From Mycolicibacterium smegmatis (GTDB lineage Bacteria > Actinomycetota > Actinomycetes > Mycobacteriales > Mycobacteriaceae), in the NCBI RefSeq assembly GCF_001457595.1, contig NZ_LN831039.1:6030001-6062000 (forward strand): DNA of 32,000 nt. Reading direction: 5' to 3'. Below the pieces are notes generated by a model. It worked only from the letters and a program-made list of their open reading frames with translations. It ran no database searches and was not told the DNA's origin. Numbering within the stretch: position 1 is the stretch's first letter; every line of letters begins with the position of its first letter. Shown in pieces: positions 1-10,003 of this stretch. The position numbers were made by a program, and so were the translations under genes.

Positions 1-708
1 CGCAGCGGGCTCGTACCAGGTGTACCAACCATTGTCCGCCGCGCGCAGACAGTACTCGGTCTCCTCGCTGTACATCAGGAACGACTCGTCCCACATACCT
101 ATGTCGAGCAACAACCGAACCGAGAGCATCATCGCAGCACCCGTGGCCCACGCGGTGACCCCGGGTTCCTCGTAGACCCGGGGATCGGTCACACGTTCTG
201 CCAGAGGGCCCAGCCGCCCTGCCAGTTGCCCTGGCACCAGCGCCTCGACCAATGCTCGGATCACGGTCGGCTTCCGGCGCAGTGTGTATTGCTGAGCGCC
301 GTTTGGATAACGCAACCTCGGCACCGCTATGCCACAGTTGGTCCGGTTCAGCGCTGAAGCCAGTACCTGCAACGTATTCGGCGAGACACGGCAATCAGCA
401 TTCAGCACCAGGATGGCGTCCACGACGCTCAGGTCCAGAGCCTGGATACCGGCGTTCACGCCGGCGGCGTATCCCCCGTTCCGCCCAGTCTGGACAACTG
501 TCACGTCGAGATCAGCGAACCTCCCGGCGATCTCGCATGTCTCATCTTTGGACGCATTGTCGGCAACGACCACAGCTGCCAACGGTGTTCCCTCGTCCGC
601 CAGCGCGTGCAAACACTCACCGAGGACATCGGCGCTGTTGTAAGTCACGATCACCACTGCCACGCGCGCCGCGGGCCGGGTGCGCGCCGATACGCCGTCT
701 TGCGCCAT
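1..708 (-). CDS. Glycosyltransferase family 2 (rhamnosyltransferase-like), C-terminus beyond the left edge
   Basis: Minus-strand reading from the ATG at 708 gives MAQDGVSARTRPAARVAVVIVTYNSADVLGECLHAL...VVVADNASKD...GGYAAGVNAGI...ILVLNADCRV...DESFLMYSEETEYCLRA; typical GT-A family 2 motifs. Start overlaps the stop of the upstream gene. Confidence 0.88.
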   Translation of the reverse strand, partial: MAQDGVSARTRPAARVAVVIVTYNSADVLGECLHALADEGTPLAAVVVADNASKDETCEIAGRFADLDVTVVQTGRNGGYAAGVNAGIQALDLSVVDAILVLNADCRVSPNTLQVLASALNRTNCGIAVPRLRYPNGAQQYTLRRKPTVIRALVEALVPGQLAGRLGPLAERVTDPRVYEEPGVTAWATGAAMMLSVRLLLDIGMWDESFLMYSEETEYCLRAADNGWYTWYEPAA

Positions 709-1493
709 CAGCCCCTCCAACGCTTGACCGCTCGCGCGGCGCTGTTACGCGCTGACAGGACAAGCGGTGTGTGTGGATCGAGCAACCGGTATATCCAGTC
801 CGCATCTATGTCGTGACGCAGACTGGTCCTGGCCTGCAGCCAGGCTTCCGGTCGGGCCCGCCCACCGTCACTGGTGTAAACGCGGGTAACGCCGGCGTCC
901 CGCAGCCTCCGCAGCACGTGGCGGTCATAAGAACCGAACGGGATCGCCACCCGTGACACGGAACTGCCGGTGACGGCGCTCAGCCTCTCGTGAGCGTCTT
1001 CGAATTCCTCGTGGGCCTGCGCGTCGTCGATACGCCGCCAATCACGGTGCGCCCAACCATGAGAACCGATCGACATACCTGCATCCAGAAGTTCTCGGAC
1101 TCCGGTGTCGTCCACTCGCCCGAGCTTTCCCAATTCACCTGCGAGCAAGAAAAACTCCGCGGTGATGTTTCGCTCGACCAGTCGCGGCAACGCGACCTTC
1201 ACATCAGATGCGTTTCCGTCATCGAACGTGATCCGAACGTCCGATCGGCCTGAAACCGCGTCGAGGACCTGCTCGAACTGCGCGACACTGACCCAGGTGA
1301 GATGTTCCCCCGGATCCAACTCACGGTCGGTCGCGCCGATCCCGTGGACGGTGATGTTGCACACCGATGCGCGCCTGACATCTGCATCATGAGAAGAACG
1401 TACGGACAACAAGACAACCCCCGACTCACTCGTGTATGTCGACCGACTGCTGCCGGATGTCGATGCCCGATTCACACACGGGTCTGTATCCAC
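708..1493 (-). CDS. Polysaccharide deacetylase (NodB homology domain)
   Basis: VRITFDDGNASD motif, ITAEFFLLAG, SHGWAH (metal-binding HxxxH-like), ALRRLRDAGVTRVYTSDGG. The true start may be internal. Confidence 0.85.
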   Translation of the reverse strand: MDTDPCVNRASTSGSSRSTYTSESGVVLLSVRSSHDADVRRASVCNITVHGIGATDRELDPGEHLTWVSVAQFEQVLDAVSGRSDVRITFDDGNASDVKVALPRLVERNITAEFFLLAGELGKLGRVDDTGVRELLDAGMSIGSHGWAHRDWRRIDDAQAHEEFEDAHERLSAVTGSSVSRVAIPFGSYDRHVLRRLRDAGVTRVYTSDGGRARPEAWLQARTSLRHDIDADWIYRLLDPHTPLVLSARNSAARAVKRWRG

Positions 1494-3580
1494 GGTCGCC
1501 AGAGAGGTCGCGGCGGCAGCCGCAACTTTCGACGAAGCTTGAGAAACCAGACGCGGTAGTAGACCAGATTGAGAAGATCTGCCCAGAGGATCAAAAGCTC
1601 ACCACGCCAGCGCGACAATCCCGAATCCCGACTCACCACCAAGCGATGTAGCGGATGTTCCTCGGCACCCAGCAGGACCTTGTGGTCGTAATGGCCAGGA
1701 CCGCTCTCGACCGTTCTGATCCCGCCTTCGATGAGAACCCGGAATTTCTCCACCATACTCAACCGGCCCAGGCCCATCGATTCCAGAGCCGGGTCGTCAA
1801 CTCGCGCAGGGAGTCGCGAGTAACATCTATCACCGAGAATGAAACCGTATTCGATCGCCAATACCTGTCCGTCTCCCGTGATCTCGTAGAACCGAGCCCG
1901 TCCCGAGGATGACATCCGTGAGACGAGTTCGCGATTGAACTCCTCGCTGCCCGGCCAGTCACCGAAGTGACCGAGCTTGCCCCGCCGACGCCAGCACGAT
2001 GCGTGCAGATCTGTGAAACCGTCGAAGTACCCGATGGCTTCTTCCCCGCTGATCGTCCGGAACGAGAGGGCGTACCGGTCGTTCAGCTTCCGCAGGTTTC
2101 GCCGATGAGCTTTGCGCTGTGCACTGCTGAGACCGAGGAGGTACTCGTCGAAGGTCTTCGGGAGGTTGAATACCGCGTGGGGCCCGTGGCTGTCCGACCG
2201 CAAAATCTTGAGCGACGCGTGCTCCGCTGTGTGCTCCACCGCCGCGGCCACAGGTGAGAGCCCCGAAAGCGGTGAGAAGCTCACTGCGTCGCACCCCGTC
2301 GCGAGAATCCTTTCGATCGCGGCATGCACAACCGCCTCTTCATGGCCAGGCGCGATCGCCGGCGTGAACACCGGCAGTGTCGAATCGGCGCCGACCAAAC
2401 TGCCCAACCGCACCGGAACCGGTCCCGCCCAAACCCGATGGACACAGAAGGGTAGAGCACCGACCAAGCTCCCGCGATCTCTGACAAGCAGACCGACGAA
2501 GTTGCGCTGTCGGCCATAGTGTGCCCACCATGCCTGTAACCAGTCGACTGTGAAGTAGATGTCGCTGCCGGAATGTTCGACGAAGTCGTCCCACTCGAAG
2601 CGGACACTGTCGAGATCATCCACGGAGCCGAGGATCTCGACACTCAGAGTGGAGTTACGATTCCGATCGGGAACGTCTTCTCGGCTGCACGCTCGGCTGC
2701 TCTCGTCCCTCGCCCAAGTTTGAGACGTGCCAACGGCGAATCGTTTTGTCAGCGCCATACCGAGGTACACACACGCGTCGGCCGCAGAGCGAGGCCCGTC
2801 AACTGCCCGCACAACGGCGACTGCTGTGTGCGCGCCCGTTCCGCGCAGACGCTCGAACAACCCGCGCCTGTCGACCGATGACAGTTCGACTTTACCTCTG
2901 TAACTCCGTCGCAAGATCGCCAGCAAGCTCTTGGCATCGGCGGGCGTCCTCACCACCGACGGCTCGGTCGGTACCACGACCTTTTCGTGCGAGGCGAATT
3001 GGTTGTCGACGAAGAAATCGTCACCGGTCACCATCGGAAAAGCGCCGAACCGCTCGTGTCCTTCCGCACTGAGGCCGTACGCCCCGGCGCCCCACATCGC
3101 CGTCTTGTGCTGTGGAAGCCGCTGGCGGGTACGGTAATAACACCGGACGACCGCGCTGGCGCCGTCCGTGTCATATGTGCAGTCTGGCCGCGCCGCCAGG
3201 ACATCGCCGCGTGCCAGCCGATCGAGCACTGCCAGAACCGCACCAGCAGAAATCTGGATATCTGCGTCCAGGTACAGCCGGGGCCAGAGCGTGGCAGCCT
3301 CATCTCCGGCGTTGAGCGCAGCTGGTTTCGAACCCTCGACCAGTTCCAAGACTTTGGCACCGGGGATGCTTCGCGCCACATCGGCGGTGGCGTCGGAGCA
3401 GCCGTTGCACACCACGATCAGTTCGATGAATCCTCCGGCCGCCGCCTCACTCAACGGATACAACGTCCGCTCGATCACTGCGGCTTCGTTGTAAGCAGGG
3501 ATTATCACCGCCCCTCGCCGTCGCGGACCTGAAATCTGTTTCAGTGGAGCAGTATTCAAAAAATTCCCGGGCTGCGGCAT
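1472..3580 (-). CDS. Bifunctional protein: N-terminal GT2 glycosyltransferase fused to a C-terminal GNAT/CelD(BcsL)-like acyltransferase
   Basis: Listed ORF 1472..3700. Likely start MPQPGNFLNTAPLKQ at 3580. N-terminal GAVIIPAYNEAAVIERTLYPL...VVCNGCSDATADVAR...YLDADIQIS; C-terminal FEWDDFVEHSGSDIYFTVDWLQAWWAHYG...SSAQRKAHRRNLRKLNDRYALSFRTISGEEAIGYFDGFTDLHASCWRRRGKLGHF...LAIEYGFILGDRCY. Confidence 0.85.
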   Translation of the reverse strand: MPQPGNFLNTAPLKQISGPRRRGAVIIPAYNEAAVIERTLYPLSEAAAGGFIELIVVCNGCSDATADVARSIPGAKVLELVEGSKPAALNAGDEAATLWPRLYLDADIQISAGAVLAVLDRLARGDVLAARPDCTYDTDGASAVVRCYYRTRQRLPQHKTAMWGAGAYGLSAEGHERFGAFPMVTGDDFFVDNQFASHEKVVVPTEPSVVRTPADAKSLLAILRRSYRGKVELSSVDRRGLFERLRGTGAHTAVAVVRAVDGPRSAADACVYLGMALTKRFAVGTSQTWARDESSRACSREDVPDRNRNSTLSVEILGSVDDLDSVRFEWDDFVEHSGSDIYFTVDWLQAWWAHYGRQRNFVGLLVRDRGSLVGALPFCVHRVWAGPVPVRLGSLVGADSTLPVFTPAIAPGHEEAVVHAAIERILATGCDAVSFSPLSGLSPVAAAVEHTAEHASLKILRSDSHGPHAVFNLPKTFDEYLLGLSSAQRKAHRRNLRKLNDRYALSFRTISGEEAIGYFDGFTDLHASCWRRRGKLGHFGDWPGSEEFNRELVSRMSSSGRARFYEITGDGQVLAIEYGFILGDRCYSRLPARVDDPALESMGLGRLSMVEKFRVLIEGGIRTVESGPGHYDHKVLLGAEEHPLHRLVVSRDSGLSRWRGELLILWADLLNLVYYRVWFLKLRRKLRLPPRPLWRPWIQTRV

Positions 3581-3816
3581 AACGCTAACCACGGGCTCGC
3601 CAATCCCCCATGTCGCCCTCCCTCGACACACGCACCCATGAAGCCGTAGCGCACATCCACTAGTTTGGCAGATCTTATGCCGACTGTGGCAAACTCCCAA
3701 GGGTTTGCTTGATTAGAGAACGATCCGTCTGGACGTAGGGTACCCGTGCACACGCACGACGATGGCGCAACGTGACGCCCAGCTGACCGATCACAAGCCG
3801 CCATCTGCAGGTTCGA

Positions 3817-5121
3817 TCATGCATTCTGAGATCTCGCGTTGGCACCGGCATCCGACTTCCCCGACTTCCCGCCACCCGCGCGCCGAATCGACTCGGCCAG
3901 GCCGACGATCCAATCTTCATAGCTGTCGATCGCCGCAGCAGCAGACAGAACTTCGTCGCAGTACCTCCCGCCTGCCTCACCCAGTTGCGCAGCACGCGAA
4001 CGGTCCTGACCTAGTCGGAGTGCCTCCTGCACGAGCAGATCCGGCCGATTCGGATCCACCAGAACGCCGGCACGCGCCGCACGGATTTCCCGGGCGGCAA
4101 ATCCGTGCTCGTCGGTCGCGGCCAGGATCGGTTTGCCGGCGCGAAAGTAGGAGGTGAGCTTGCTCGGCACGGCCATCTGCGCAACGCCGGGGCGTTCGTT
4201 CACCAACAGTACGTCGGCGGCGCCGAGCGCTGCCGGAAAGTCCTCGTCACTGACAGGCGAAAGGAAGTCGATCGCGCGAATACCTGAAGCCATTGATTGC
4301 AGATGCACACGCTGGTTACCGTCTCCCAGGAGTACGAACCGGACCCGCTGATCGGCACGACCGGCCAACTCGGCGGCGGCGATCACGTTCTCCAGTCCCT
4401 GCTTGAAGCCCATGTTCCCGGCGTGAAGAATGATGAGTTCGTCAGATCCCCACCCGTGCGAAGCGCGAAAGGCTTCGCTGGACATCGGATCCGGGGACGG
4501 CACATGGGTCCAATTTCTGATCACACGAATCCTGTGTGCCTGCACTCCGAGATGGCCGGAAAGCTGGGAAGCGAACCCTGGGTGGATGACAGCAACACCA
4601 TCAGCGAGCCTGAGAGCAGATGATTCGATGTGGCTGATCGCGGACGCAGAAAGCCCCGACGCCGCCCCTGTTTCCGTGACACCGCGGCTGTACAGATCCT
4701 GCACCACCATTCCGATGGCAGGCCGTGGCCAACTCACCCGCGCACGGACAGCCGCCATCGTGGCGGCGAGCAAGGGCGGTGTCACACACACCACGACCTC
4801 CGGCCGACCCCATCGAGACGTCATCAACTGCAATCCGAAGGTGATCTCCATCGCCGCACGTCCTCGCCAGGAGAGTCGTTGCGGCACCGGATGACTGAGT
4901 CGGAACACGGGAACACCGTCGATCTGTTCGTTCGAGCGGAACCCCGACCGGGTCTTGTCGCGCCTCCATTGCGGGTAGTGCGGAAAACCGGTCAACACGC
5001 GGACATCATGGCCGCGATCGATCAGGCCTTTGGCCAAACCGGTCGTATAAGGAGCGATCCCGGTCGGCTCAGGGGCATAGTTGATCCCGAGAATCGCCAC
5101 TCTCACCGCTCGCTGGGCCAC
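3817..5121 (-). CDS. Glycosyltransferase WcaI-like (GT4 family)
   Basis: RVAILGINYAPEPTGIAPYTTGLAKGLIDRGHDVRVLTGFPHYPQW...VVQDLYSRGVTETG...ILHAGNMGFKQGLENVI...LVNERPGVAQMAVPSKLTSYFRAGKPILA. Confidence 0.9.
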   Translation of the reverse strand: MAQRAVRVAILGINYAPEPTGIAPYTTGLAKGLIDRGHDVRVLTGFPHYPQWRRDKTRSGFRSNEQIDGVPVFRLSHPVPQRLSWRGRAAMEITFGLQLMTSRWGRPEVVVCVTPPLLAATMAAVRARVSWPRPAIGMVVQDLYSRGVTETGAASGLSASAISHIESSALRLADGVAVIHPGFASQLSGHLGVQAHRIRVIRNWTHVPSPDPMSSEAFRASHGWGSDELIILHAGNMGFKQGLENVIAAAELAGRADQRVRFVLLGDGNQRVHLQSMASGIRAIDFLSPVSDEDFPAALGAADVLLVNERPGVAQMAVPSKLTSYFRAGKPILAATDEHGFAAREIRAARAGVLVDPNRPDLLVQEALRLGQDRSRAAQLGEAGGRYCDEVLSAAAAIDSYEDWIVGLAESIRRAGGGKSGKSDAGANARSQNA

Positions 5122-5572
5122 CCTTTGAGGGTAGTTGCGCGCCTGCCGACTGGGGTGGGCACTGAGGAAGCGGACGCGAATTTCACGAATGTTCCACTCC
5201 GCAAAGAAACTCAGTTCACTCTGCTGTGTTCACACGCTGGATTACTCCACTTTGCTGTTCGGATGCAGCTAAACGATCTACACTCGCTGGCATCCCGATC
5301 AGCCTCGCCCAGAGGCGGTGGGCGCAACACCGGATCGAACCGAGAATTCCCGTACGCCTTGGCCGGCGCCTGGCAGTGAGCCACTCCGACACACACCCGG
5401 GCGGCGGGCGACAACAACATTGGATTTCCTATGAACCGGCCCAGCTATCAGAACGTAAACGCATCGCACAATGAGACCGATAGACCAGACGACTGTTTCG
5501 CTGGTGCGGTTCCCAACGTGAGGTGCCAGGTACTGGATTACACGCCCGGTCGGTGCGGTCGGAGATGTGCCG

Positions 5573-7105
5573 ATGTCAGTTGAGCAGCCGCACCACCGGA
5601 TCGGCACGAGATCAGCCTGGCGACGCAAGCTCGGCAGCATTGCAACAATCCTGTTGCTTGTCGCTCCCACCGCACTGGTCTCCTGCCGAGCGCGCACGAC
5701 CGAACAGCTCGCAAGTGAGATCAGCCAGTACGGCATCACCTGGAAGTTCGACCGTGAATATCAAGTCGGCCAGTTCGTCAACGGAGACTGGTGGGTGGTG
5801 GGCCCGGTGAAAGTGGTTTCGGTGACCCCTGAACCCGGGCCGGCACCACCTGACGAAGTCATCGATCTCAGCGTCAATCAGTGGGACGACACCGGCCTGC
5901 AAGACAATCCTGAACGACGCAACGGTTCGATGGTCGTCATGGACCTCGGCCCGTCACAGGGTTACGACTCCCGTGGGACCACCTATGACCCGAATTCGTC
6001 GGTCACCTTTCCCTACGAGCTCGAGGTCGATCGCTCACTCATCTCTTCGATCAGCGAGGTCTCCACACCGAACACATCGATGTATGCAGACCTGATGTGG
6101 TCGTCTGAGAAGCAGACTCCCAACGTGATGAAAACCGCGGCAGTTCTGACAAGCTTGGCCGAGGCACCACCCGCGGACGCCTTCCGACCGACCTACGTAG
6201 GGGCCGACAAGGAGATCTTTCGCGCCTCCGACCTGAGATGGGACCTCCTACAGAACCTGCCCATAGATGCCACGAAATACCCTGTCCCCTCGTTCTCGGA
6301 GTATGAGCGCTATTTCGAACGCCCGTGGTTGGACCACCTCAACGGGGCGTGGGAGGGCCAGTACCTGTTCCCGGTCGAGAATCAGCCCGCGTACGGGCGA
6401 GAGATCGCCCGTATCGTTGGTGCCGCATCACTTCTGCTCAATACCGATGCACCGCAGGAGCAGAAGCAACGCCTGCTCTACGGCCTCGTGCAGTACGGCA
6501 TCGACCTTCAGGGCATGATCCGGCTCGGTGCGGTCTACAACGAAGGTGGAGGGATCACCAGTGGACGCAAATGGCCGGTGTTGTTCGCCGGATTGATGCT
6601 CGGCGAGCCGTCCTTCATACCAGAGCCTCGAACCACCGTTTTTCACGAGGATGCCCAGACATATTACGGTCAGGGTTGGTACGGCCAACACCCGCTGTGG
6701 CAGATGGTGTGGCACCACGGCCCGAGGCAGCCCTACCAGGAGAAGCCTCCCAGCGATTGGGACGAGTGGGATCAGACCTCCGAAGACTATCGGATCTGCT
6801 GCACTGTACGCGCCTGGGTCGCCCAAGGCCTCGCCGCGATGCTGATGAGCGCGAAAGCCGAGTGGAACCACAATGCGTTCTTCGACAACATCGACGACTG
6901 GATGCGGAAGGACGACATCTATGCCGCCGACAGGCAAGGGTACGAACGACCGCCGGAAGAGACCACCACGTTCGACCCGTTCGTCGATGCGTTCTGGGAC
7001 CTCCATCGCGGCAGCGTCCCGGCTCAACCCGACGGCCCCACCAATCTCAAATGGGATGTCAACGAAAGCGATGACATGAAGTGGGTGTCGAACCCTGCCA
7101 CGTGA
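5573..7105 (+). CDS. Secreted putative lipoprotein of unknown function, possibly carbohydrate-active
   Basis: ORF 5567..7105; ATG at 5573 has GGAG 8 nt upstream. N-terminal RRKLGSIATILLLVAPTALVSC has a lipobox-like LVSC. The body has many Trp residues and GGGITSGRKWPVLFAGLML. Confidence 0.75.
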   Translation: MSVEQPHHRIGTRSAWRRKLGSIATILLLVAPTALVSCRARTTEQLASEISQYGITWKFDREYQVGQFVNGDWWVVGPVKVVSVTPEPGPAPPDEVIDLSVNQWDDTGLQDNPERRNGSMVVMDLGPSQGYDSRGTTYDPNSSVTFPYELEVDRSLISSISEVSTPNTSMYADLMWSSEKQTPNVMKTAAVLTSLAEAPPADAFRPTYVGADKEIFRASDLRWDLLQNLPIDATKYPVPSFSEYERYFERPWLDHLNGAWEGQYLFPVENQPAYGREIARIVGAASLLLNTDAPQEQKQRLLYGLVQYGIDLQGMIRLGAVYNEGGGITSGRKWPVLFAGLMLGEPSFIPEPRTTVFHEDAQTYYGQGWYGQHPLWQMVWHHGPRQPYQEKPPSDWDEWDQTSEDYRICCTVRAWVAQGLAAMLMSAKAEWNHNAFFDNIDDWMRKDDIYAADRQGYERPPEETTTFDPFVDAFWDLHRGSVPAQPDGPTNLKWDVNESDDMKWVSNPAT

Positions 7106-7131
7106 CGCAGGTCCGTCGTGGACCGATGCCC

Positions 7132-7959
7132 CTATCCGTGGCGCTCGAGCCTCGTGAGCCTGGGGCCGATGCCGGCTCTACGCAGAATCGCGCGACTGAG
7201 GCGCTCGTTCGAGCGTACTTCTCGGTCCATTACGAACATCCGCCCGTGGGCACCGCCTGGTGGCAGATCGATCAGCGCTTGGATCAATGGATACACGGCT
7301 TCCGGTGGCTGTCCGCCGTCACTCATCGCGGTCCGGGTCTGGCCGGGGTTGAACTCGTTGACCAAGACATTCGGATACCGGACTCGGTCTATCTCGGCAG
7401 CGATTCCACGTACCAACGCATGTAACGCCCCCTTGGATGCCGAGTACGAGCACGCACCGGCCAACGGGCTCTGATCCGCGAGTGAACCGAGAACGATCAC
7501 CCGGCCGGCGTTCCTCGACAGCATGCCCGGAAGCACTGCGCGCACGGCATTCGCCACACCATGAACGTTGGTCCGGAAAGTCTCTTCGAAATCCGCTGGG
7601 CTCTGGTCCAGGAAGTGAACCTTCGGGTATACGGCTGCGTTCGCAACCAGTATGTCCACCGGACCCATTCGTCGTTCGACTTCGGCGAAGACAGCGGCGC
7701 TGCGTGCGGCGTCCCCCACGTCTAGGCAGAACGGCGCGATGTGGGCGTGGTCTCTCGCGGCCTCCGCCAGGTCTTCCATACAGCGCCCGAGGATGGCTAC
7801 ACAGTAGCCCGCTGACGCAAGCCCGCGTGCAACCGCGCGACCGATACCGCCTCCTCCGCCGGTCACCACCGCTACCTGGAACCGATGTTCCGGCATTGAT
7901 TCGACGGCAGCACAGACAACACTGGTGACCGCGGGTCCGAGCGATGAGTCATTCGGCAT
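7132..7959 (-). CDS. Short-chain dehydrogenase/reductase (SDR)
   Basis: VAVVTGGGGGIGRAVARGLASAGY (TGxxxGIG), DILVANAAVYP (NAA), SPLAGACSYSASKGALHAL (YxxxK). Start at 7959 or 7896. Confidence 0.88.
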   Translation of the reverse strand: MPNDSSLGPAVTSVVCAAVESMPEHRFQVAVVTGGGGGIGRAVARGLASAGYCVAILGRCMEDLAEAARDHAHIAPFCLDVGDAARSAAVFAEVERRMGPVDILVANAAVYPKVHFLDQSPADFEETFRTNVHGVANAVRAVLPGMLSRNAGRVIVLGSLADQSPLAGACSYSASKGALHALVRGIAAEIDRVRYPNVLVNEFNPGQTRTAMSDGGQPPEAVYPLIQALIDLPPGGAHGRMFVMDREVRSNERLSRAILRRAGIGPRLTRLERHG

Positions 7960-9562
7960 GATGCGGACTCGGTTCCAGCGCAGCCTCATTCATTCGGTTC
8001 ACCAGCGACTCGGCGATACGCAGAGCATTCGCAGAGACAGTCAGGGCGGGGTTTGTCGAACCTGAGGTTGGTAACGTCGCGGCGTCAGCGACCACCACAT
8101 TGGGCAGACCCCAGACCCGTCCCTGGGCGTCGGTGACCGATACAGCCGGATCATTACCCATCCGGCAGGTCCCCATCGGATGACCCAAATTCGGAGTCGC
8201 CAACGGGCTCAAGAAGAACGGCCGGAGGTGCCGGAGGCGATCGCGAATGATGCGCCGACCCCGCGCCGATCGCTCTCGGAGCTCGTCCGGCACCTCGTAC
8301 CGGAAGCAGATTCGTTCCGGATGACTCGGATCCTCCCACACACGATTTGCCTCATATGCGTAGTCCTCCTGGACCGTGGCGAAGGTAGCTGCCTTGCCCA
8401 GGAACCTCGCCGCGACAGCGGCGGGAATACGAAGTGCTTCCAATCCGCCGCCGAGCCATCCGAGTCCAAGGCGTTCAGCCTCGGCGCGTAGGTAGGACGC
8501 GATCGGAGCTGTCCCCACCCGCATCGCCATCGACTGGACCTCGCCGACTTCGTAAAGGTCGCGGATGGCCAATGTCTTCTGGGGGCCGTAGTTGGGAACA
8601 TCACTCGGAGCCCGAAGGCCGAGTATGTCGGTTATGTGGAACATCAAACCGCGTCCCAGTAGTGGCGGAGCGGTTCCGTCGCGCCACAATCCGCTTGATC
8701 GCGCCAGAAGGAGAGGCGTGTTCAATGCACCCGCTGCGAGGATCACGTTACGCGCCAGTCGCTTACGCAGGACACCGCTCGTTGCTGCGGGGCCACCCTC
8801 TCGGCTGATGACCTGTAGCTGCCCGGACAACGGTTCCAGCCGGACCACGGTTTCGTCGCAGAATACGGACGCACCGGACGCCACCGCCTGTTGCAATGCC
8901 CGGTTGTTCCCATCCGCCTTGCAGGCTCGCGGGCAGGCGTCACCCAGACATTCGGAACACCCTGGTAGATAGTCGATTCCGACGTGCAGCCGGTAGGGAT
9001 GAAGGCCGGCCGCCTGCATGGCCTTCACCAACGCCGCATCGCGTGGGCCAAGCGGCGGCGGTGACCTCAGTACCGCGTCGTCATCAGGGTCCAGCGGGTC
9101 CGGCGCGCCGGCAACCCGTAGCAACTTCTCTGTCCGGGCATAGAAGGGTCGGAAATCGTCGTAGTCGATCGGCCATTCGCGAGGCAGAGCACCAGGCGGC
9201 CGCATCGCCGTGAAATCCGACCGGCGGTATCGCGACAGCGCGGCGCCGTAGACGGTGGATGAGCCCCCTGGACCGAAGCCCAGCACTGCTGCCATGGCTT
9301 TTGCCGGCCGACCACCACCTCTGTCCCGCATCAACGGGACAGGCCACCGCCCGGGCCGGGGCAGAGTGCGCCCAGCCAGCCTGGCGATGGCCCTTCGCAT
9401 CTTCCCTGGAGCGGGGTCGCGGTTCTGCGACCGCGGAGGGCCGCATTCGATGACCCCTACCGAGTATCCCGCCCGGGCCACCGTGAGCGCTGCGACGCTG
9501 CCCGCCAACCCAGCCCCTACGACGATCACATCGAGTTCGTCAGTCATCTGGTCAGTGCTCAT
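7949..9562 (-). CDS. GMC-type FAD-dependent oxidoreductase
   Basis: ELDVIVVGAGLAGSVAALTVARAGYSVGVIECG (FAD Rossmann), PIDYDDFRPFYARTEK-like segment, AGALNTPLLLARS, HPMGTCRMG, VVADAATLPTSGSTNPALTVSANALRIAE. Start at 9562 or 9547. Confidence 0.88.
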   Translation of the reverse strand: MSTDQMTDELDVIVVGAGLAGSVAALTVARAGYSVGVIECGPPRSQNRDPAPGKMRRAIARLAGRTLPRPGRWPVPLMRDRGGGRPAKAMAAVLGFGPGGSSTVYGAALSRYRRSDFTAMRPPGALPREWPIDYDDFRPFYARTEKLLRVAGAPDPLDPDDDAVLRSPPPLGPRDAALVKAMQAAGLHPYRLHVGIDYLPGCSECLGDACPRACKADGNNRALQQAVASGASVFCDETVVRLEPLSGQLQVISREGGPAATSGVLRKRLARNVILAAGALNTPLLLARSSGLWRDGTAPPLLGRGLMFHITDILGLRAPSDVPNYGPQKTLAIRDLYEVGEVQSMAMRVGTAPIASYLRAEAERLGLGWLGGGLEALRIPAAVAARFLGKAATFATVQEDYAYEANRVWEDPSHPERICFRYEVPDELRERSARGRRIIRDRLRHLRPFFLSPLATPNLGHPMGTCRMGNDPAVSVTDAQGRVWGLPNVVVADAATLPTSGSTNPALTVSANALRIAESLVNRMNEAALEPSPHHAE

Positions 9563-10003
9563 CGACTGAACCATGCCCGTTGAAAAAACCCACTTCGGGC
9601 ACACCATCTGTTCCGGCTTCCCGCAAATTCCGTATCACCGTCACGTCACGCCCCCTGATGGCCCGCGGTCGAATCGATTGATGGACCCACATCAACCGCC
9701 AGCAGATTGCTCTGCCACGAAATCAGTGTGGCGCGTTTCAAGGTTTTTGACAGCGTTTTCCCCAAACCGTGACTACACGTCAGGCACCGAATACGCAGTG
9801 AAGCACGTGTAATAGCGGCCGCCGACCAGTCGATTTCGGGACAGTTGTCGATGCGTCGGCCATACATAATGATCTTGCTCCGTAGATTGCTGGAACTGCA
9901 CGTAGGCGTCATAAGGGTGATCGGAGAGAAGTTCTTGGCCTGGACGTGGAGCACCCCGTCCGATGCCGCCAGCGATCGACAGCGGAGTGAGCCCCTCTGC
10001 CCG

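Noticed and set aside
4630-5379. 249-aa plus-strand ORF overlapping the WcaI-like gene
   Set aside because: Arg/His/Pro-rich antisense translation of a clearly coding minus-strand gene; no motifs.
6325-7074. 249-aa plus-strand ORF in a second frame of the secreted protein gene
   Set aside because: Shadow ORF typical of high-GC DNA; the 512-aa frame has the signal peptide and a plausible composition.
7110-7124. GGTCC-GTCGT-GGACC hairpin between convergent genes as a terminator
   Set aside because: Only a 5-bp stem without a U-tract; such short inverted repeats are expected by chance in GC-rich DNA.
9646-9954. 102-aa minus-strand ORF in the gap between the GMC oxidoreductase and the flippase
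   Set aside because: Biased, motif-free composition and no evident RBS; treated as intergenic, though a gene remnant cannot be excluded.
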